Shown here piece after piece: positions 28,672-37,141 of a stretch of DNA of 64,000 bases. This DNA is from Myxococcales bacterium. Its GTDB lineage: Bacteria; Myxococcota_A; UBA9042; JABWCM01; BTVJ01. The stretch lies in assembly GCA_045863395.1 (NCBI GenBank), contig BTVJ01000001.1:96001-160000 (forward strand), in the 5' to 3' direction. The position numbers and the translations under genes are program-made. The notes beneath the pieces are model-generated. The model saw only the letters and a list, made by a program, of their open reading frames with translations, made no database searches and was not told where the DNA came from. Positions within the stretch are counted from its first letter, which is position 1, and each line of letters opens with the position of its first letter.

Positions 28672-29280
28672 ATGGCAAGGAGACTCCCCGAAGATGAGCG
28701 CCGCGCCCAGATCCTGGCGGCCGCGAAGAAGTGCTTCGTGGAGAAGGGCTTCGCCGCAACCCGCATGGACGACGTAGCCACCACTGCCCACCTGTCGAAG
28801 GGGGGGCTCTACTTCCACTTCAAGTCCAAAGAAGAGCTCATGGTCGCCGTGGTCCGCCAGGTGAACGTGACGGTTGAGACCTTCCTCAACGCGGCGCGCG
28901 AGTGGAGAGACCCGATCCCAAAGCAGATCCAGCGCCTGCTGACCCTGTACTTCGGGTACCTGACAATCCATGAGGACGAAGCGCGGCTCAACCAGTGCGT
29001 GCTGGACGAGGCCCTTCGAAACGAGGTGGTCCGCGACGTATTGCACAGCGGCGAGGACCTGTTCCTCTCGCACCTACGATCCCTGCTGGCGCGCGCCCAG
29101 GCCGCGGGCGAGCTGGGCGCTCACGTGGATCTGGACCTGGCGATCCGCTCCTGCATGATCGTCTTCGAGGGGGTCAAGACCAAGTGGCTTCACTTCAGGG
29201 ACTGGCCGTGGACCAAGATCCTAATGCAGACGCAGCGGTTGATCATCGAGAGCATCCTGGAGCTCGAGCTCCCGGACTGA
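28672..29280 (+). CDS. TetR/AcrR family transcriptional regulator
   Basis: RRAQILAAAKKCFVEKGFAATRMDDVA...SKGGLYFHFKSKEEL helix-turn-helix. Confidence 0.95.
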   Translation: MARRLPEDERRAQILAAAKKCFVEKGFAATRMDDVATTAHLSKGGLYFHFKSKEELMVAVVRQVNVTVETFLNAAREWRDPIPKQIQRLLTLYFGYLTIHEDEARLNQCVLDEALRNEVVRDVLHSGEDLFLSHLRSLLARAQAAGELGAHVDLDLAIRSCMIVFEGVKTKWLHFRDWPWTKILMQTQRLIIESILELELPD

Positions 29281-29282
29281 CT

Positions 29283-29828
29283 GTGCCCCTGCCTCGATGT
29301 GCGCGCCGCTTTCTCCGAGCGGCGGTCCCCGCGATCAAGCCACGGTGGGACGACTTCGATCCCCCGGTGGAGGGGCTGCTCATCGACAAGATCGAGAGCG
29401 ATCTGAGCCAGTTCTCCCGCCAACATCGCCTCGCCGTCTTCGCCCTGTTCTTCCTGTTCCAGTGGTCGGGCCCCCTGTTCCTGCGCGGCGTCCGCCCGTT
29501 CTCGATGCTCTCCCCCGAGCAGCGGCATCGCAGACTCCACACCTTCACCGAGAGCCGCTCCCCGCTGCTTCGCAACCTGGCGAAGGCGCTGATCACGCTG
29601 GTGATCGTCAACTACTACACGCTCCCGGAGGTGCAAGCCTACATCGGAGTGGACCGCCAGGGGTGGCGAGCAGACCGCATCGCGCTTCAGCGACGTCTGC
29701 TGTCGGCGCACCCCCCCGGCCCGGATGCCCCCCGATCACCAGCGCCCCTCGGATCCCGAGGGGTCGTCGCGCCCGAGTCCTACCTGACTCCGGGAGCCTC
29801 CGCCCCGCGAACCTCGGAGGAGCGTTGA
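29283..29828 (+). CDS. GMC oxidoreductase partner protein (gluconate 2-dehydrogenase subunit 3-like)
   Basis: RPFSMLSPEQRHRRL...SRSPLLRNLAKAL...NYYTLPEV...IG pattern; sits between TetR and the GMC gene and overlaps the GMC start. Confidence 0.65.
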   Translation: MPLPRCARRFLRAAVPAIKPRWDDFDPPVEGLLIDKIESDLSQFSRQHRLAVFALFFLFQWSGPLFLRGVRPFSMLSPEQRHRRLHTFTESRSPLLRNLAKALITLVIVNYYTLPEVQAYIGVDRQGWRADRIALQRRLLSAHPPGPDAPRSPAPLGSRGVVAPESYLTPGASAPRTSEER

Positions 29829-31354
29829 GCGGCATACTCCAGTACGAAGACACTCATGGCGCCGTGCGGCTGGGATGTGACGCCGTGGTCGTCGGCTCGG
29901 GGGCTGGAGGCGCAACCGTCGCCGCAGAGCTCGCGGAGGGGGGCATCTCCGTCATCGTGCTCGAAGAGGGGCCTCTGCTCCGCACCCAGGACTATGGAGA
30001 AGACACCTCCGGCGTCATCACCCGCATGATGCGCGACGCCGGCGTCACGGCCATCCTGGGTCGCTCGCCGATCCAGTACATCGAGGGTCGGTGTGTGGGC
30101 GGCAGCACCGTGATCAACGGTGGCATGTGCTGGCGGACCCCGGAGCGAATCTTGCGACGCTGGGCCATGGAGCACGGCCTGGTTGACCATACCTCCGAGC
30201 GCCTGGCGCCCATCTTCCAGCATGTGGAGGAGCGCATCAACGCGCGCCTCCAGGACCCGGGCAGCGAGGGAAAGAACAGCGGGGTCTTCAAACGTGGCTG
30301 TGACGCGCTCGGCTACCGGGTCGTCGAGAACCGGCGGTCCCAGGTGCACTGCGTCGGCACAGCCGACTGCGTGACGGGCTGCCCCACCGGCGCCAAGCAG
30401 TCCACTCTCCAGAGCCACGTCCCGCTGCTCCTGCGCAACGGAGGACAGCTCCTGACGGACGCGCGCGTCGAGCGGATCACCGTCAAGGGCGGCAAAGCGA
30501 CCGGCGTCGCGGGGCGCCTCCAGAACCCCGTGACCCGCAAGCTCGACCGCAGCTTCGAGGTGAGCGCGAAGCTGGTCTTCATCGCGGGAGGGGCCATCCA
30601 GACGCCGCTCCTCCTCCAACGCAACAAGATCTGCAACGGCAGCAAGCAGCTCGGGCGCAACTTCACGATCCACCCCAACGTCAAGATGATGGCCCTTTTC
30701 GACGAGGACATCGACGCCAGCTACGGGGCCCACCAGGCCTTCCAGTGCGTGGAGTTCCACGAGGAGGGCATCTTGCTCGCCCCCGGCGGAGTAGCCCCGG
30801 CGATCACCGCCATGGGCGTCTCGGGCTTCGGCCGCGAGCACATGGCGCTCATGCGCAACTACCGCAAGCTGGCCACCGGCGGCATCCTGGTCGACGACCA
30901 TGCCTCCGGCTCGGTGCGGGCACTCCCCGGAGGGCTCCCTCTGGTCCGCTACGACGTCACCGACGTAGACCAGCAGAAGTTTCTGCGGGCCGCCGCGCTG
31001 TGGAGCGAGGTGTACTTCGCCGCGGGGGCCAAGGCCATCCTGCCCGCCTTTCACGGGATCGGGGTGCTGCGATCCATGGACGACGTGCGAGAGCGCCTGT
31101 TCCGGCGCCCGCCCCGCGTCGAGGATACGGAGTACTTCACGGCCCACCTCATGGGCACGTGCCGCATGGACGCCGACCCGCGCTTCGGCGTCGTCGACCC
31201 CAATGGGGAGAGCCACGACGTGCCGCGCCTCTTCGTCACGGACGCGAGCGTGCTCCCGACGCCCATCGGCGTGAACCCGCAGGAGACGATCATGGCGCTG
31301 GCGACGCGCACCGCCTGGCACGTGCTGCAGAACCGCAGCCGCTACTTCTCTTGA
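29825..31354 (+). CDS. GMC family oxidoreductase (long-chain alcohol oxidase-like)
   Basis: TTG start after GGAGGAG; VVVGSGAGG FAD motif, GRCVGGSTVING, CPTGAKQS, AHLMGTCRM, GVNPQETIMALA. Confidence 0.93.
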   Translation: MSGILQYEDTHGAVRLGCDAVVVGSGAGGATVAAELAEGGISVIVLEEGPLLRTQDYGEDTSGVITRMMRDAGVTAILGRSPIQYIEGRCVGGSTVINGGMCWRTPERILRRWAMEHGLVDHTSERLAPIFQHVEERINARLQDPGSEGKNSGVFKRGCDALGYRVVENRRSQVHCVGTADCVTGCPTGAKQSTLQSHVPLLLRNGGQLLTDARVERITVKGGKATGVAGRLQNPVTRKLDRSFEVSAKLVFIAGGAIQTPLLLQRNKICNGSKQLGRNFTIHPNVKMMALFDEDIDASYGAHQAFQCVEFHEEGILLAPGGVAPAITAMGVSGFGREHMALMRNYRKLATGGILVDDHASGSVRALPGGLPLVRYDVTDVDQQKFLRAAALWSEVYFAAGAKAILPAFHGIGVLRSMDDVRERLFRRPPRVEDTEYFTAHLMGTCRMDADPRFGVVDPNGESHDVPRLFVTDASVLPTPIGVNPQETIMALATRTAWHVLQNRSRYFS

Positions 31355-31638
31355 GAGGGCCTCAGGTGATCGAGCCCGCGCTGCCGATCCATGGCGGCGA
31401 GCTCGGTGAACCCGCCGATGAGGTCCATCTGTGCGGGATCCTCACCCGCGAGGATGACGGGGACGGTGCGCCAGTGGTACTTGCGAACGAGCTCCATGCG
31501 CGCGTCGTGATCGTCGCTGATGTCGAGCTCGACGAAGGGGACGCCGCGCTCGGTCAGCAGGCGCTTGGCGGCCCGGCAGTAGCCGCAGGTGCGAGTGACG
31601 TAGACGTGGACCATCGGACGCGCTGGTGATTGGACCAT
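31342..31638 (-). CDS. grxC: Glutaredoxin 3-like
   Basis: CGYC active site, RTVPVI, IGGFTEL; AGGAG RBS. Confidence 0.88.
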   Translation of the reverse strand: MVQSPARPMVHVYVTRTCGYCRAAKRLLTERGVPFVELDISDDHDARMELVRKYHWRTVPVILAGEDPAQMDLIGGFTELAAMDRQRGLDHLRPSQEK

Positions 31639-31699
31639 GGGCTCCTTCCGTGAGACAGAGGGGCGGCAGGATAGCGGCGCTCCGGAGGTCAGGCAAGCC

Positions 31700-32425
31700 G
31701 TGCGCTTCCCGGATCCCCTGGTGCGAGGGCGCCTGGTGCGACGATACAAGCGCTTCCTTGCTGACATCGAGCTGGACGACGGGCGCGCCGTGACGGCCCA
31801 CTGCGTCAACACCGGCAGCATGGCTGGGTGTGCCCCCACCGGCGCACCAGTGTGGGTCTCGCCAGCGAGGAATACGGCCCGCAAGCTCCCCTGGACCTGG
31901 GAGATCGTCGATGTGGGGACCTCCCTCGTCGGCGTCCACACGGCCCGGGCAAACGACCTCGCCGAGCTGGCGGTCCGCACGGGGCAGATCCCGGGCCTCT
32001 CGGGTTACACGACAGTGCGACGAGAGATGCGCTACGGGGAGTCGAGCCGCTGTGACCTCTGCTTGCTCGACGACACACGCCCGCCGTGTTGGGTGGAGGT
32101 CAAGAACGTCACCCTCGTCGAAGGGCGCACCGCGCTGTTTCCCGACGCCGTGACCGCGCGCGGCACCCGCCACCTCGGCGAGCTCACTGCGCAGGTGGCT
32201 GCCGGCTGCCGAGCCGCGATGCTCTACGTCGTCCAGCGGACGGACGCGGAGGCCGTCGCGCCGGCGGACCGGGTGGACCCCGCCTATGGCCACGCGCTGA
32301 GGAGCGCGGCGGCTGGCGGTGTCGAGCTGTACGCCATCCAGGTTCGCCCGACACCCGAGGGTCTGGTCATCGAGCGGTGTCTTCCCGTGACAACTCCGCT
32401 GTTGAAACATGGGACCGATGCGTGA
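31700..32425 (+). CDS. sfsA: DNA/RNA nuclease SfsA
   Basis: RRYKRFLAD, AHCVNTGSM, VEVKNVTL, FPDAVTARGTRHLGEL. Confidence 0.95.
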   Translation: MRFPDPLVRGRLVRRYKRFLADIELDDGRAVTAHCVNTGSMAGCAPTGAPVWVSPARNTARKLPWTWEIVDVGTSLVGVHTARANDLAELAVRTGQIPGLSGYTTVRREMRYGESSRCDLCLLDDTRPPCWVEVKNVTLVEGRTALFPDAVTARGTRHLGELTAQVAAGCRAAMLYVVQRTDAEAVAPADRVDPAYGHALRSAAAGGVELYAIQVRPTPEGLVIERCLPVTTPLLKHGTDA

Positions 32426-32492
32426 GATAGATCAGGCGATTCAGGGGGCTCCTGACATCAGAAGGCCGCCCAGTTGGGCGACAGGTGAAAAA

Positions 32493-33602
32493 TTGACGAA
32501 CTCGACCAGGATTGCCACGCCAGATTCCCTGACCCGACTCACTGCCGCGGCAGTCGACGCCTTCGAGGCGCGTCGCAACGCTCTGCTTGCGGACGCCGCG
32601 CGGCGGATGATGGAGCGGGACGACATCGCCGCCCTCTCTGGCGACGCTCCAGCCCGCGCCCTGCTCGACAGCCACCGTCAACACGCCGCACTGCTGCGAA
32701 GCACGCTGGCCGGCGGGGACGCGGATCTGCTGGCGCGCGTGCTGCCCTGGGCCTACAGGGCGCTGCACGCCAAGGGGCTGTCCTATGACTTCCTCGGGGA
32801 GCAGCTCGCATGCTGGCAGCAGACGGTCCAGCAACAGATGGTCGCGGAGCACGCGGCGCCAATCCTCTCGCTGTACACCTGGCTGCGCGCCATCCACCCC
32901 CAGGTGGCGGCCGCCGCCGAGAAGCTGCCAGCGCCACGCCGGTCAGACTCCACGACGGACGGGGCGCGCGCCAAGCTCTTCGCCGGGCTGCTGGAGGGGC
33001 GCGCCGACCGCTGTCTGGCCGTGGGTGAGCAGTTCACCGCCACCGCCGCGGACCTGACCACGTTTCTGACCCATGTGGTTCAGCCGACCATCGTCGACGT
33101 AGGGAAGCTCGCCGAGCACGGTCAGCTCACCGCCGCGCGTGAGAGACGCGCGGCGAACATCCTGTCCCAGACCCTCTCGGTCCTCTATACGCGCGTGGTC
33201 GTGCCCGACGGCCGCGTGGGCCTCGCCATCGTGGCAACCGCGGTGCGCGACGCGCGTGATCGGCCCGACTGGATGATGGCGACGTTCCTCGAGGCCGACG
33301 GCTGGCGGGTCACGTGTGTCGATGGCGGCTCGCCGGCAGACACTCTCAGCATGACGGTGCGGGACCTCCGCCCGCACCTGCTGACCATCCCGATGACCGG
33401 ACCCCACGAGGTGGCTGCCGTCGCGAAGGCCATCAAATCCGTGCGCTCCCACAACAAGGCGCGCGCTCCTCAGATCCTGGTCGGCGGCATGGGCATGCAC
33501 GTGCCTCAGGGCGATCTGGACAGCCTGGGCGCCGACGCCATCTCGACGGACTACCAGGACGCCGTCCTGACCGCTCGCCGCCTGCTGAATATCGCCGCCT
33601 GA
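32493..33602 (+). CDS. Helical (globin-like) domain plus degenerate cobalamin-binding domain protein
   Basis: Cap-like VVQPTIVDVGKL...GQLTAARERRA and Rossmann-like FLEADGWRV...QILVGG...LGADA. Start uncertain (TTG 32493 after AGGTG, or 32409). Confidence 0.7.
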   Translation: MTNSTRIATPDSLTRLTAAAVDAFEARRNALLADAARRMMERDDIAALSGDAPARALLDSHRQHAALLRSTLAGGDADLLARVLPWAYRALHAKGLSYDFLGEQLACWQQTVQQQMVAEHAAPILSLYTWLRAIHPQVAAAAEKLPAPRRSDSTTDGARAKLFAGLLEGRADRCLAVGEQFTATAADLTTFLTHVVQPTIVDVGKLAEHGQLTAARERRAANILSQTLSVLYTRVVVPDGRVGLAIVATAVRDARDRPDWMMATFLEADGWRVTCVDGGSPADTLSMTVRDLRPHLLTIPMTGPHEVAAVAKAIKSVRSHNKARAPQILVGGMGMHVPQGDLDSLGADAISTDYQDAVLTARRLLNIAA

Positions 33603-33628
33603 TCCCCCGGCCGAGGGGCCGGCGGTCG

Positions 33629-35260
33629 TCACGCCCTCTCTGAGAAGTGCGCCTCCAGGACCGCCCGCGCCGTCTCGACGCCGTCGATCGCGCTGGACAC
33701 GATGCCGCCCGCCCAGCCCGCCCCCTCGCCGGTCGGGTAGAGGCCCGGCAAGGACGTCGACTGGCGGTCCGGACCACGCAGGATCCGCACGGGCGTCGAT
33801 GTCGTGGTCTCGACTCCCACCAGCACTGCCTCGTTGGTCAGGAACCCGCGCAGCGAGCGGTCGAGCTGGCGGGCGCCCGCGCGCAGTGCCTCGACGACGG
33901 GCCCGGGCAGCGTCCCGCCGAGGTCCGCCGGAGTCAGCCCGGGCCGATAGCTCACACGCCGCGGCAGGTCGGCGCTCGGCCGCCCCGCCACGAAGTCGGC
34001 CAGTCGCTGTGCGGGCGCCCGGTAGCCCCCCCCTCCGAGGCGGTACGCCCGCGCCTCCCACTCGCGCTGGAACGCGATGCCTGCCAAGGCCCCGTGGGCT
34101 GCCAGATCCCCGGGAGCCTCAATCCAGAAGTCCGCAGGCTCCACGGTGACCACCAGCGCCGCGTTGGCCCAGGGGGAGCCCCGGTTCGAGTTGCTCATGC
34201 CGTTGACGTTCAGGTGATCGAGCTCGGTGGGGGTCGGGATGATGTAGCCGCCCGGGCACATGCAGAAGCTGTAGACGCCGCGGTCGCCGACCCGGCACGA
34301 CAGGAAGTACTCCGCGGCCTCGACCCCGGGGGCGCGCCGCACTGGGCCGAGCTGCACCTCGTCGATGAGCGCCTGGGGGTGCTCGACCCGGGCGCCGATG
34401 GCGAAGGGCTTGGGCAGGAGCGCCACCCCCTGCGCCGCGAGCTCCCGGTAGGTCTCCCGCGCGCTGTGGCCCATGGCGAGGATCACCGGCGCCCCGCGCA
34501 GCTCCTCGCCGCCCGCGAGGACCACCCCACAGGCAGCTCCGTGCTCCAGCAGCAGCCGGTCGACCCGCGCCTGGAAGCGGACCTCCACGCCCCGGTCGAT
34601 GAGCCAGGCCCGCAGGGCCTCGAGGATGGCGTAGAGGCGGTTGGTCCCGATGTGCGGGTGCGCAGCGGTCAGGATGTCGCGGGTCCCGCCGAAGGCGACG
34701 AGGCGCTCGTAGACGTGGCGCACGAGCGGGTGGTGCTTGCGTGTGTAGAGCTTGCCGTCCGAGTAGGTGCCCGCGCCGCCCTCCCCGAAGCAGAGGTTGG
34801 ACTCGGGGTCCAGCTCGCCCTTGCGGCGGAACCGGCGCACGTCCAGGTGGCGCTCCGAGAGCTGCTTGCCGCGGTCCAGCAGGATGGACGGGACGCCCCG
34901 CTCTGCCAGCGTGAGGGCGGCGAAGAGCCCCGCGGGCCCCGTGCCGACGATGATCGGGCGCTCCCCGCGGTGCGGCGCCCGAACGAGCGGTGGCGCGGTC
35001 CCGAAGTCCGGCAGCAGGCGCGCCTCGGCGTCCGCCAGGGCGGCAGCGCGGGCGGCCTCCTCCCCGACCCGCCACACGGTCGCCGAGCACACCCACCGGG
35101 GCTGGTGACGCTTGCGCGCATCCAGGGAGCGCCGCGTCAGGTCCGCACCGAGGAGCGCCGCCGCCCGCACTCCGAGGCGCGCCGCCGCCGCTCGCAGCAG
35201 CGCCTCGTCCAGGTCCTCGAACCCGAGAGGGATCTCCAGGCCGTTCAGGTGCTCAGGCAT
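33629..35260 (-). CDS. FAD-dependent oxidoreductase (uncharacterised COG2509-type)
   Basis: IIVGTGPAGLFAA, FGEGGAGTYSDGKL, YSFCMCPGG, GLYPTGEGAGWAGGIVSSAIDG; overlaps the mutY stop. Confidence 0.9.
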   Translation of the reverse strand: MPEHLNGLEIPLGFEDLDEALLRAAAARLGVRAAALLGADLTRRSLDARKRHQPRWVCSATVWRVGEEAARAAALADAEARLLPDFGTAPPLVRAPHRGERPIIVGTGPAGLFAALTLAERGVPSILLDRGKQLSERHLDVRRFRRKGELDPESNLCFGEGGAGTYSDGKLYTRKHHPLVRHVYERLVAFGGTRDILTAAHPHIGTNRLYAILEALRAWLIDRGVEVRFQARVDRLLLEHGAACGVVLAGGEELRGAPVILAMGHSARETYRELAAQGVALLPKPFAIGARVEHPQALIDEVQLGPVRRAPGVEAAEYFLSCRVGDRGVYSFCMCPGGYIIPTPTELDHLNVNGMSNSNRGSPWANAALVVTVEPADFWIEAPGDLAAHGALAGIAFQREWEARAYRLGGGGYRAPAQRLADFVAGRPSADLPRRVSYRPGLTPADLGGTLPGPVVEALRAGARQLDRSLRGFLTNEAVLVGVETTTSTPVRILRGPDRQSTSLPGLYPTGEGAGWAGGIVSSAIDGVETARAVLEAHFSERA

Positions 35261-36386
35261 CCACACTCCCCGCCTCTGCGGGCGTCGACTGGTCCACGGC
35301 GACGGCCAGCGCCTTACGGGTCATGGACGCGACGCCAAGCCCGGTGAGCTCCCCCGCGGTCACCCACCGGTGCGCAACCCAAGGCGACGCCACCTGCGGC
35401 TCGCCGCCGAGGGTAGCGCCGTGGACCGCGATTCGCAGGCGCCGGTGGGAGAGCACGTGCTCGAAGGCGCCCACCCGACCGCCGAGTTCCACCGGCGCCC
35501 CGAGCCCCGCGGCGAGGGCGACCGCCACCGGAACCTGCTCCGGCGTGCGCTCGAGGCGTGGCGGGTGCTGGGGGAGCTGCCACAGCCCTCCGAAGAGACC
35601 CGCCCCGTCGTTCTGGACGAGCAGCACCCGCCCAGCCCGCCGAAAGAACGCCGCGACCACATCGACTACCACCGGCGGCGCGGCCCGCCCTTTGACGGGG
35701 CGCTCCATGACGGTCCCCCGCGCCAAGGCGAGACAGCGCGCCGCGACGGGGCAGGTAACGCAGCCAGGCGAGCTCGGCGTACACACCAGCGCCCCCAACT
35801 CCATGAGCCCCTCATTGAGGGCCCTGGGCTCCGCGGGCGGCACCAGCGCCCCCGAGAGCGCCCAGAGATGGCGCCGCACTGGTGCCCTGCCCACGTCCCC
35901 TTCCACGTCGAACAGCCGGGACAGCACGCGGATCACGTTGCCGTCGAGCAGCGGCACGGGCACCCCCCACGCGATGGACGCGATGGCCGCCGCCGTGTAC
36001 TCGCCGACGCCCGGCAGCGCCAGGAGCTCTCGCGGGTCCCGGGGGACGACCCCGCCGTGGCGCTCGACCACGAGCCGCGCGCCCGCGTGCAGGTTGCGCG
36101 CCCGGGCGTAGTACCCGAGGCCCGACCAGTGCGCCAGGACGTCGTCGAGGGGGGCCTCCGCGAGGGCCTGCACGGACGGGAAGCGCGCGACGAAGCGCTC
36201 GAAGTAGGGAAGCACCACGTCGAGGCGGGTCTGCTGGGCCATGATCTCTGAGACCCAGACCCGGTACGGGGATGGGTCCTCGCGCCAGGGGAACGAGCGC
36301 CGGGAGGCGAGAAACCACGCGACGATGGCGTCGCGGAGCGCGCGTCTCGTGTCAGGGTCGGGCAGCGGGTACGCAATGGGGGCCAT
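35253..36386 (-). CDS. mutY: A/G-specific adenine glycosylase
   Basis: PYRVWVSEIMAQQT, WSGLGYYARARNLH, LPGVGEYTA, 4Fe-4S motif C-x6-C-x2-C-x5-C. Confidence 0.96.
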   Translation of the reverse strand: MAPIAYPLPDPDTRRALRDAIVAWFLASRRSFPWREDPSPYRVWVSEIMAQQTRLDVVLPYFERFVARFPSVQALAEAPLDDVLAHWSGLGYYARARNLHAGARLVVERHGGVVPRDPRELLALPGVGEYTAAAIASIAWGVPVPLLDGNVIRVLSRLFDVEGDVGRAPVRRHLWALSGALVPPAEPRALNEGLMELGALVCTPSSPGCVTCPVAARCLALARGTVMERPVKGRAAPPVVVDVVAAFFRRAGRVLLVQNDGAGLFGGLWQLPQHPPRLERTPEQVPVAVALAAGLGAPVELGGRVGAFEHVLSHRRLRIAVHGATLGGEPQVASPWVAHRWVTAGELTGLGVASMTRKALAVAVDQSTPAEAGSVDA

Positions 36387-36476
36387 GGGCGGAGGACCAT
36401 ATCACAGGCGCTGGCCGCGAGCACACGCCCTCGACCCACCGTTGCATGGCCGCCGGAGGGCGGGCAGGATGGGCCC

Positions 36477-36977
36477 ATGCGCGCTCTGCTCTCAGCACTG
36501 CTATTGGTCGGAGCCTGCCGCTCGGAGCCGCACCCTGCGGACCGCGCGACGACCCCGGAGCACTTGACGCCACGACCATCGCCGACCTCGGCTCCACCGT
36601 CGGGCACGGGCGACACCCTCGACGGAGCAGAGCCGAGGACACCCACCCCACCAGTCGAGGTGCCACGCGACGAGGCCCCCGGCTGCACCATGGAGCGCAT
36701 CCGCGCCGTCGTCGCACCACGGCTCAGCGCCGTGAAGGCCTGCTACCGCGCCGCCGCTCAGGCGGATCCATCGGTGCGGGGGCGCCTGTCCGTAGAGCTG
36801 GGAATCGAGCGGGACGGCCGCCTCCTGAACCGCAGCGTCCACCAAAGTGAGCTGCCCCTCGAGGTGAACGCGTGCGTCATCGCGGCGCTGGAGGGGCTGC
36901 GCTTCCCTGGGCGCTTCGACACGCCCTGCGTCGTGGTCTACCCGTTCGTGTTCTCCGCGGGCCCGGCCGCCCGCTGA
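36477..36977 (+). CDS. Lipoprotein with AgmX/PglI (TonB C-terminal-like) domain
   Basis: Lipobox LVGA-C; Pro-rich linker; IRAVV...VKACY...GRLSVELGIERDG...ACVI...FP...VYPFVF. Confidence 0.85.
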   Translation: MRALLSALLLVGACRSEPHPADRATTPEHLTPRPSPTSAPPSGTGDTLDGAEPRTPTPPVEVPRDEAPGCTMERIRAVVAPRLSAVKACYRAAAQADPSVRGRLSVELGIERDGRLLNRSVHQSELPLEVNACVIAALEGLRFPGRFDTPCVVVYPFVFSAGPAAR

Positions 36978-36991
36978 CCGATCAGCGCCCG

Positions 36992-37141
36992 TCACTGCGA
37001 GGCGTCCACGTCTCCGACCACGTCCCCGGAGCCAGCAGCGTCCGTGGCGGGGCTCCAGCTCGTCACCGTGCGCTCGTCTGCCCCCGGATCGCATGCCCCG
37101 ACCAAGAGCGCGAGGCCGAGCGCCCGCCACAGCCCGATCAC
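36992..37141 (-). CDS. Very short putative lipoprotein or gene remnant (49 aa)
   Basis: GTG overlaps the upstream stop (GTGA); MIGLWRALGLALLVGA-C lipobox followed only by a linker-like tail. Confidence 0.4.
   Translation of the reverse strand: MIGLWRALGLALLVGACDPGADERTVTSWSPATDAAGSGDVVGDVDASQ

Noticed and set aside
31342..31354. 13-bp convergent overlap of the GMC and glutaredoxin genes
   Set aside because: Short 3' overlaps are ordinary in dense genomes.
31700..36386. Defence island suggested by the SfsA nuclease and MutY
   Set aside because: Both are ordinary housekeeping genes; no defence-system or mobility genes are recognisable.
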